Source: an uncultured Gammaproteobacteria bacterium (GTDB lineage Bacteria; Pseudomonadota; Gammaproteobacteria; Steroidobacterales; Rariloculaceae). From it: a stretch of 64,000 nt of DNA. The DNA is taken from contig CAVQLK010000001.1 of assembly GCA_963713355.1 (NCBI GenBank), forward strand, positions 14,269 to 78,268, read 5' to 3'. Positions within the stretch are counted from its first letter, which is position 1. Every line of letters starts with the position of its first letter. A model generated the notes under the pieces. That model searched no databases, had not been told where the DNA came from, and was given only the letters and a program-made list of their open reading frames with translations. This document shows, piece after piece, positions 57,684-64,000 of this stretch. The translations under genes and the position numbers were made by a program.

Positions 57684-58346
57684 TCAGTGGCGCGTCGCCA
57701 CGTTCAGCGTCGCGTTCGGCTCGAGACCCTGCTCGCGCAATAGGCGAGCCGCACGGCGGCTGCGTGTGCGCAGCCAGACCTCGTAGAGCCGCAGCACGTC
57801 GATCGCGGCAGCCTTGCCCGAGTCACGGATCTCGGCGAGCACGTCGACGAAATCGCGGAACTTCTCGGCGAGCTCCTCGAAGACCATGCCGAAGGCGCGC
57901 CCCTCGCGCGTGCCGCGGACGTTGTCCGATAACCGGCCGTAGGCCGCGCCGCCCATGTCGATGTAGTAATCGATGTCGATGAGCTTGCGCGCGAACCCGT
58001 CGCCCAAGAAGCCCGCGACGAACAACGACGTGTCGCCGACGCGGCGCAATAACGCGTTGCGCGTTTCGCGATCCGGGCTATCGGCGGCGGCCGCGAGCAG
58101 CAGCGCCAGCGGCTGGAGCCCGGGACCAGGCCTGCCTTGGTCGTAGAGCGTCTCGTGCCGCGCGAACAGCGTCAGCAGGTTGACGACGTAGTAAGCCGTG
58201 TGATCGTCGGCCGCCACGCCTTGCTTTTCCATGGCCGTGGCGACGGAGTCTTTGAAGAATTCTTGCAAGCTGGCGACAGCGTGTACTCGGCCCGTCGATG
58301 CGCGCAAAAAGGTCTCCCGCAACCTCGGCGTTGCGCTGCCGCACAC
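57684..58346 (-). CDS. conserved-looking hypothetical protein (about 207-220 aa)
   Basis: SLQEFFKDSVATAMEKQGVAADDHTAYYVVNLLTLFARHE. The best-looking start is TTG 58307, preceded by GGGAGA. Confidence 0.6.
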   Translation of the reverse strand: MCGSATPRLRETFLRASTGRVHAVASLQEFFKDSVATAMEKQGVAADDHTAYYVVNLLTLFARHETLYDQGRPGPGLQPLALLLAAAADSPDRETRNALLRRVGDTSLFVAGFLGDGFARKLIDIDYYIDMGGAAYGRLSDNVRGTREGRAFGMVFEELAEKFRDFVDVLAEIRDSGKAAAIDVLRLYEVWLRTRSRRAARLLREQGLEPNATLNVATRH

Positions 58347-58410
58347 GACGGCAGAGCGTGCCGCTTGGGTTCGAGTATAGAGTCGATTGGCGGAGAATCT
58401 GCAAACGGCT

Positions 58411-58869
58411 TCACGTTTCTTCGGCTTGCGCCACTCGCGCCTCCAGCGCGCCGAGCATTCGCGCGCAGTGGCCGTGAATCCGCTCGTTCCAGTGTCGGCG
58501 GCGCAACACTGCCGCGCCGTTCAGGGAGTAGCGCGCATCGAGCAGCACGCAGGCGCCATCGTCCTTGGGCTCGATGCGCCAGTGCAGGCGCAGGCTCACG
58601 CAGCAGGGCGGGTCGAGCAGTGTTTCTTGCAGCGTGATCGAGACGGGACGTGAGAGAGCGAGCACCTTGCCGCGGCGCAAGACCTTGCCGCGCTGTTGCT
58701 CGTAGCGGCAGCCCGCGTGCGGAACCATCGAGTCGGGCGCGAGCGCGCTGCCGCCCCAGCGGCCTCTCGCGGCGACGTCGACGAGGGCCGTGAACGCCTC
58801 CGTCAACGCGCACCCGAGCTGGGTCTCATGGCGTTGCTTGAGCACGGTCGTCCTCCTTGCCTCGTCCAA
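58411..58869 (-). CDS. SRPBCC (polyketide cyclase/START-like) superfamily protein
   Basis: Size and pattern fit (..AFTALVDVAARGRWGG.., ..LHWRIEPKDDGACVLLDARYSL..). This is a weak motif-level call. Confidence 0.55.
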   Translation of the reverse strand: MDEARRTTVLKQRHETQLGCALTEAFTALVDVAARGRWGGSALAPDSMVPHAGCRYEQQRGKVLRRGKVLALSRPVSITLQETLLDPPCCVSLRLHWRIEPKDDGACVLLDARYSLNGAAVLRRRHWNERIHGHCARMLGALEARVAQAEET

Positions 58870-58939
58870 GGACGAACGCTAATCCGCGTCGCGGCGGCCC
58901 GCGATACGCGAATCCCGCCGAAACGCGCGGAATCGCGCG

Positions 58940-59911
58940 CTAAGGAATCAGGACGGTGCAGCCCGTCGTCTTGCGCGCCTCGAGGTCGCGGTGCGCCTGC
59001 GCCGCGTCGCGAAGCGCGTAGGTCTGGTTGACGGCGATCTCGACTCGCCCTTGCTCGACGAGCGCGAACAGCTCGGCCGTACCGGCGTCGAGCGAGGCGC
59101 GATTGCCGATGAAGTCGTAGAGCGTGGGACGCGTGACGTACAAGGAGCCGCGCCTCGTGAGCTCGTGCAGCCCGAACGGCTCGACCTTGCCCGACGAGTT
59201 GCCGAAGCTCACGAGCATGCCGTGCGGGCGCAGGCAATCGAGCGACTGGTAGAACGTCGTGCGACCGACGGAGTCGTAGACGACGGGGACGCCGCCGCCC
59301 GAGAGCTCGCGGACGCGGGCCGCAATGTCGTCGCCGTCGAGCAGCACGTGCTCGCAGCCCGCGCGAAGCGCGAGCTCGCGTTTGGCCGCCGTGCCAACGA
59401 CGCCGATGACGCGCGCGCCGAGCTCGCGGGCCCATTGCGCCGCGATGAGCCCGACTCCGCCGGCCGCCGCGTACAGCAGGACCCAGTCGCCCCGAGCGAC
59501 CTCGAAGCTGCGCTTCAGCAGATACCAGGCCGTGAGGCCCTTCAGCATCATCGCGGCACCGGTCTCGACGGCGATGCCCAGCGGCAGTTTCACGAGCCAG
59601 CGCGCGTCGATGACGCGCTCGTCGGCGTATGAGCCGAGCGGGGCCGGCGCCGTGTAGGCGACACGGTCGCCGGGGGCTACGTGCGTGACGCCCGAGCCGA
59701 CGGCCGTCACGACGCCGGCACCTTCGCCGCCGAGGCCGCTCGGCAGCGTCAGCGGATACAGCCCTGTCCGGTGATAGACGTCGATGAAGTTGAGGCCGAT
59801 CGCCTGATGAGCGACGCGCGCTTCGCCCTCGGCCGGCTCGCCGAGCTCGACATCCCGGTAGTCGAGCACTTCGGGCCCACCGAACGAGTCGAAGCGGATC
59901 GCTCGCGTCAT
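58940..59911 (-). CDS. qor: NADPH:quinone oxidoreductase (zeta-crystallin family)
   Basis: GLNFIDVYHRTGLYP, GDRVAY, LLYAAAGGVGLIAAQWA. Confidence 0.85.
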   Translation of the reverse strand: MTRAIRFDSFGGPEVLDYRDVELGEPAEGEARVAHQAIGLNFIDVYHRTGLYPLTLPSGLGGEGAGVVTAVGSGVTHVAPGDRVAYTAPAPLGSYADERVIDARWLVKLPLGIAVETGAAMMLKGLTAWYLLKRSFEVARGDWVLLYAAAGGVGLIAAQWARELGARVIGVVGTAAKRELALRAGCEHVLLDGDDIAARVRELSGGGVPVVYDSVGRTTFYQSLDCLRPHGMLVSFGNSSGKVEPFGLHELTRRGSLYVTRPTLYDFIGNRASLDAGTAELFALVEQGRVEIAVNQTYALRDAAQAHRDLEARKTTGCTVLIP

Positions 59912-59969
59912 GTCGTCGAAATCTCGTGCGCTGTTAGAATCGCGGCCCCGTTTCGGAATATAGCATTCG

Positions 59970-61181
59970 ATGAGCGAGCATCTCGTGATCGTCGGCGGCG
60001 GTCAGGCCGCGGCGCAAGCCGTTCAATCGCTGCGGCAGCAGAGCTTCGTGGGACCGATCACGCTGCTTGGCGAGGAACCGTTTCCGCCTTATCAACGCCC
60101 GCCGCTCTCGAAGAAGTACTTCGCGGGCGAGCTCGCGCGCGAGCGGCTGCTGCTGCGGCCCGCGACGTTCTATGCAGAGAAAAACGTGGCGCTCGAGCAA
60201 GGCGCGCGCGTCGAGGAGATCGAGCCCGCGGCACACCGCGTGCGATTGCGCGACGGACGCACGCTCGCCTACGACCGCCTGCTCCTAGCGACGGGCAGCC
60301 GAGCGCGCTCATTCGCCGTGCCGGGCACGGATCTGCGCGGCGTGCACTACCTGCGCACGATCGCCGACGTCGACGCCATCACGGCTTCGCTGGCGCCCGG
60401 GTCACGCGTGCTGTTGGTCGGTGCCGGCTACATCGGCCTAGAGGTCGCGGCCGTCGCGCGCCAGCGCGGCTTCGACGTCACCGTCCTGGAAGCGGCCGAC
60501 CGAGTCATGTCGCGCACGGTCAGCGTCGAGGTGTCGGCGTTCTACGAGGCGTGTCATCGCGCCGCCGGTGTCGCGATCCACTGCGGCGCCGTCGTCAAAG
60601 CGCTGCACGGCACGGCGCGTGTGACGCGCGTCGAGACGGTGGACGGCCGCACGTTCGACTGCGACATCGTGATCATAGGTATCGGGATCGTGCCGAACGT
60701 CGAGCTCGCGGCGAGCGCGGGGCTTCAATGCGACGACGGCATCGTCGTCGACGAGCTCGCGCGGACAGCCGATCCGCATATTGTCGCGGCCGGCGACTGC
60801 ACGAACCACCCGCACCCGCTGCTCGAGCGGCGCGTGCGGCTCGAATCGGTGCCAAACGCGATTCACCAGGCCAAAGTCGCCGCCGCGACGCTGCTCGGCG
60901 CACCGATGCCGTATTCCGAGGTGCCGTGGTTCTGGTCGGATCAGTACGACTTGAAGCTGCAGATCGCGGGGCTATCGACGGGCTACGACGAGGTCGTCGT
61001 GCGCGGCGACCCCGCTGCGCGCAGCTTCGCGGCGTTCTACTTGCGCGAGGGTCAGCTGCTCGCCGTCGATGCAGTCAACAGTCCACGAGAGTTCATCGCG
61101 GGAAAGAAGCTCGTCGCGAATCGGGCGCACATCGCGCCGGACGTGCTGCGTGACGCAAGCGTGGACTTGACGCCGCTCTGA
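59970..61181 (+). CDS. FAD/NAD(P)-dependent ferredoxin (rubredoxin/putidaredoxin-type) reductase
   Basis: LVIVGGGQAAAQA, PYQRPPLSK, VLLVGAGYIGLEVAA, AAGDC. Confidence 0.85.
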   Translation: MSEHLVIVGGGQAAAQAVQSLRQQSFVGPITLLGEEPFPPYQRPPLSKKYFAGELARERLLLRPATFYAEKNVALEQGARVEEIEPAAHRVRLRDGRTLAYDRLLLATGSRARSFAVPGTDLRGVHYLRTIADVDAITASLAPGSRVLLVGAGYIGLEVAAVARQRGFDVTVLEAADRVMSRTVSVEVSAFYEACHRAAGVAIHCGAVVKALHGTARVTRVETVDGRTFDCDIVIIGIGIVPNVELAASAGLQCDDGIVVDELARTADPHIVAAGDCTNHPHPLLERRVRLESVPNAIHQAKVAAATLLGAPMPYSEVPWFWSDQYDLKLQIAGLSTGYDEVVVRGDPAARSFAAFYLREGQLLAVDAVNSPREFIAGKKLVANRAHIAPDVLRDASVDLTPL

Positions 61182-61184
61182 GCG

Positions 61185-61859
61185 CTACTGCGCCGCGACT
61201 TGCGGGCCAGGCAGGTTCAGATGCAGCTCGCCCTTCGCGAGTGCGACATCGCGCTCGGGATCGAGCGCCGTGACCTCGTAGCGCTCGACGGCGCTGCCCT
61301 CGCTGCCGCGATAGAGGCCCGTGACGCCGACGACGCGGCCGCTGTCGTCCGCACTGGGACCGACCGTGGGCCAGTACTCGGCAGGGCCGTTCCAAGGCCG
61401 GTCGAGATACCACACCGGCACGAGCGTTTCCTTCAAGAACGGCCAGGCGTTCGAGTCGGCCTCGACGAACAGCGTGCCCTCGCCGGGCACCGTGACGAGC
61501 CAGTGGTCGCTAACGAGCACGCCGCGCAGCAAGAGATCGGTGTCCGCCGACGTCGACAATAGTCGGCTCGCGAGCGCCGCCGGTTGATTCGAGCCGTCGT
61601 TCAGCACGAGCGCGAGAACGGCCGAGCGAGCGATGGTCTCCTCCCAGAGGCTATCGTCGCCCGTGTCTTGGCCGAAGAGGCTCGCATCCTCGCCGATCGC
61701 GAACTCGAGGACGTGGTCCGGCAAGGAATAGCGCAGCACGCGATCCGTCGGATTCGGCATCGGCGCCGACTGTGCGGCAAGCGGGTTGAAAAAGAGGACC
61801 ACGCCCGCGGCGGCTGCGCCGAGGACGAGACCGACGATCGCTACGAACAAGTATTTCAT
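61185..61859 (-). CDS. membrane-anchored/exported hypothetical protein (224 aa)
   Basis: MKYLFVAIVGLVLGAAAAGVVLFF anchor. ATG overlaps the upstream stop (ATGA at 61856-61859). Confidence 0.6.
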   Translation of the reverse strand: MKYLFVAIVGLVLGAAAAGVVLFFNPLAAQSAPMPNPTDRVLRYSLPDHVLEFAIGEDASLFGQDTGDDSLWEETIARSAVLALVLNDGSNQPAALASRLLSTSADTDLLLRGVLVSDHWLVTVPGEGTLFVEADSNAWPFLKETLVPVWYLDRPWNGPAEYWPTVGPSADDSGRVVGVTGLYRGSEGSAVERYEVTALDPERDVALAKGELHLNLPGPQVAAQ

Positions 61860-62494
61860 TGCGGCCGACTCGTGATGGTGCCGAGCTCGATGGTGCCGCT
61901 GACTCGGCCCGCCTCGTCGACGGCGGCGATGGTCCACGTTTCGCTATAGCTGCCCGCGAGCCCCTCGAACTCACCGGAGCCTGCGACGACGGCACCGTCG
62001 TCTTCGAGCATCGGGACGGCGACTTGACCGGCCCACTCCCTGCCGGCGCTGTAGCCGCCCTCGCGCAGCGCGCTCTCGAGTGCCCCGCGCGCTTCGCCCG
62101 GTGCGCTCAAGACGAGCGCCCCGCGGCTCGGAATCAAGATCGCCCAGGTCGTCGATGGGCCTGCGCCGCTGCCGTTCCAATGACGCGCCGCGACGCCGAT
62201 GACGCTGCCCGCGGAGTCGCGGACCTTGAAGTGCTCGACGAGCAGCGGCTCGGCTAGGAACTGGGCCGGGAGCAACATTGCGCCGCCGGCACCGCGCACG
62301 CCGCCGGCCTCGCCGTCGGTCGCCGCGATCCGATCCGCCGGCAGGCGGATCAGGAACTGCTCGGCTCGGCCGCCGTTGGCGACGACCGAAGTGTGCGACG
62401 GCAGCCTTGCATGCTGCAGCCACGGCGCGAAATGAGCGCCGGCGAGCGTGCCGCCGAAGCCCATGCTCAACGCGAGTAGGAAAACCGTCTTCAT
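61856..62494 (-). CDS. exported hypothetical protein (212 aa), distant paralogue of the downstream gene
   Basis: MKTVFLLALSMGFGGTLAGA signal. C-terminal GSGEFEGLAGSYSETWTIAAVDEAGRVSGTIELG parallels GVTGLYRGSEGSAVERYEVTALDPERDVALAKGELHL in the neighbouring gene. Confidence 0.6.
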   Translation of the reverse strand: MKTVFLLALSMGFGGTLAGAHFAPWLQHARLPSHTSVVANGGRAEQFLIRLPADRIAATDGEAGGVRGAGGAMLLPAQFLAEPLLVEHFKVRDSAGSVIGVAARHWNGSGAGPSTTWAILIPSRGALVLSAPGEARGALESALREGGYSAGREWAGQVAVPMLEDDGAVVAGSGEFEGLAGSYSETWTIAAVDEAGRVSGTIELGTITSRPQ

Positions 62495-62561
62495 GCCCGT
62501 CTCGAGTGGCAAAGGTGCCAGTATCCGGGCGGGAAGCCCCTGGCGCGGTTAACGGAATCAC

Positions 62562-62591
62562 AAAAAAGGCGCCGCGTCGATTGCCGGCGCC
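62562..62591 (-). terminator. intrinsic terminator of gshA
   Basis: On the minus strand, ggcgccg-gcaatcgacg-cggcgcc is followed by TTTTTT. The stem starts within the stop codon. Confidence 0.65.
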
Positions 62592-64000
62592 TACGTCTCG
62601 GCGAAATAGTCCTGCAAGTAGCTCGCGAACGGCTGTCGATCTCGGCTGGCCAAGGCCGCGGCGTCATGGAGCGAGCGGCGGGCCGTCTCCGCAAGCGCCT
62701 CCTCGCGGGGGGCACCGAGCGCGAAGTCGCGAAAGTACGCCGCGTGAGTGCGCGCCAGCGAAAGCGTGTACTCGAAAAAGCCGGCTTGCTCGCTGCGCAA
62801 TGCCGCCAGCAAGGCCGCGGACGGTGTCCGTTCCGGATCGCGTAGCGCCTCTGCCGCGGCGTCGACGGCCGCCAAGTAACCCTCGGCGCCGGCGTCGAGT
62901 AGCTCGGCGATCTCGCGGATGCCGGCAATGAGCTCGAGCCCGCGGTCGCGCAAGGGCCGCTCGCGCCCTCCCTCGACGAGCACGAGGCCCGGCCGCCGGC
63001 CTTCGCGCGCGACGCGCAGATCGCGCGCATCGATCTCGGCTTGCTCGGACTCCGAGATCGGCGGGCTTTCGGTCAACAGGCAGTAGATCAGGAGCGCCTC
63101 GATGAAACGCAGCTCGTTTTGGTTCATGCCGACGGGATCGGCGCTGCTCAAGTCGAGCGTTCGGACCTCGACGTAATCGACACCGTCTTTCGCGAGGGCA
63201 ATCAGCGGCCGCGACTTGCTCGCCTTGCTCGGCTTCGGCCGGATCGTGCTGTAGTACTCGTTCTCGATCTGCAAGATGTTCGCGTTGAGCTGCCGATACT
63301 CGCCGTCGACGACGATGCCGATCGCCGCGTAGCGCGGCTCCTCGGTCGTCACCGCGCTGCGAATGCCCGCGAGGTACTCGGCCAGTGAATTCGCGCGGAT
63401 GCTCAGGCGCCCTTGCGTTTTGTTGCGGTAACCGAGGTCGCTCATGCGCAGCGAGGTCGCATAGGGCGCATACCACGTTGTTGAATCAAGCTCGCTGAGA
63501 AGCTCATGACCGTCCGGCCGAAACGAGCGGCACAGCGCCGGCGAGGCACCCGTGAGGTAGGTCACGAGCCACGCGCAGCGGCGATAGTTGCGCACGAGCC
63601 CCATGAGCTCCGCCGAGCGGAACTCCGTAAGCGGCTCGGAACGCTCCGCGAAAGCTCGGTACTCCGGCCACAGCGCCGCCGGCAACGAATAATTGAAATG
63701 CACGCCGGCGATCGCTTGCATCGCGCGCCCATAGCGGTGGCCGAGGCCGCGGCGATAGACCGTTTTCATTTGGCCGAGGTTAGAGGGGCCGTAGTAGGCG
63801 ATCGGGATCTCGTCGTCGGCCGGCAGCTCGCACGGCATGCTGGCGGGCCACAGCAGCTCGCCGCCGAGGCGCCGCTGAATGAACGCGTGCACGTCGCAGA
63901 GGAACTGCAGCGTCTCCCATTGGGTTCGCTGCGGCGGCGTCACGAGCTCGGGCAACGCCTCCGAATAGTCGGTCGTGATGTAAGGATGAGTCAGCGCCGC
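62591..64000 (-). CDS. gshA: glutamate--cysteine ligase (gammaproteobacterial type), N-terminus beyond window end
   Basis: ..LTHPYITTDYSEALPELVTPP at the window edge; IAGVHFNYSLP; MSDLGYRNK. Frame is open to 64000. Confidence 0.9.
   Translation of the reverse strand, partial: AALTHPYITTDYSEALPELVTPPQRTQWETLQFLCDVHAFIQRRLGGELLWPASMPCELPADDEIPIAYYGPSNLGQMKTVYRRGLGHRYGRAMQAIAGVHFNYSLPAALWPEYRAFAERSEPLTEFRSAELMGLVRNYRRCAWLVTYLTGASPALCRSFRPDGHELLSELDSTTWYAPYATSLRMSDLGYRNKTQGRLSIRANSLAEYLAGIRSAVTTEEPRYAAIGIVVDGEYRQLNANILQIENEYYSTIRPKPSKASKSRPLIALAKDGVDYVEVRTLDLSSADPVGMNQNELRFIEALLIYCLLTESPPISESEQAEIDARDLRVAREGRRPGLVLVEGGRERPLRDRGLELIAGIREIAELLDAGAEGYLAAVDAAAEALRDPERTPSAALLAALRSEQAGFFEYTLSLARTHAAYFRDFALGAPREEALAETARRSLHDAAALASRDRQPFASYLQDYFAET

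Overview
Visibly GC-rich (third codon positions almost always G/C), gene-dense chromosomal DNA. The gene set looks gammaproteobacterial: gamma-type GshA, MsrPQ, YeaG-YeaH-YcgB, a CpxRA-like pair and GlnK-AmtB. I recognised about 57 protein genes. I found no rRNA, tRNA, CRISPR array, integrase or transposase, so this reads as core chromosome rather than an island. All family calls come from motifs read in the ORF translations; no database search was possible.

Main blocks:
- 271-8054: CadC-like regulator, ECF sigma/anti-sigma pair, and an Omp85-type barrel next to a 460-aa exported protein of unknown function.
- 8500-14650: XoxF-type PQQ dehydrogenase cluster with the lanthanide-type D-Y-D motif, a c-type cytochrome, a fused MoxJ-like binding protein/beta-propeller, and two uncharacterised exported proteins.
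- 19115-23679: prkA-yeaH-spoVR operon.
- 25053-29724: two-subunit 2-oxoacid:ferredoxin oxidoreductase plus a GltD-like/ferredoxin fusion.
- 29952-34785: two tandem TPR + TonB-C-like exported paralogues, followed by a reprolysin-like (HEIGHNFGAPHD) metalloprotease with DUF11-like repeats and a GlyGly-CTERM-like tail.
- 35918-41972: CpxRA-like two-component pair, amtB-glnK, msrPQ.
- 42054-47090: GAF-GGDEF-EAL protein, a PAS/sigma-54 activator, and a divergent near-consensus sigma-54 promoter driving an 89-aa exported peptide.
- 50642-55311: GldA/F/G-like ABC system plus a DUF4340 protein.
- Remainder: ilvA, qor, a ferredoxin reductase and gshA.

The most striking property is technical or evolutionary. 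At least 12 frame disruptions hit 10 otherwise intact genes, including housekeeping ilvA. That pattern points to indel errors in the assembly, or otherwise to unusual gene decay.

The best candidates for undescribed biology are the TPR/TonB-C + sorted metalloprotease locus, which also carries two frame-compensating tandem duplications, and the sigma-54 micro-regulon. Both are inference only.
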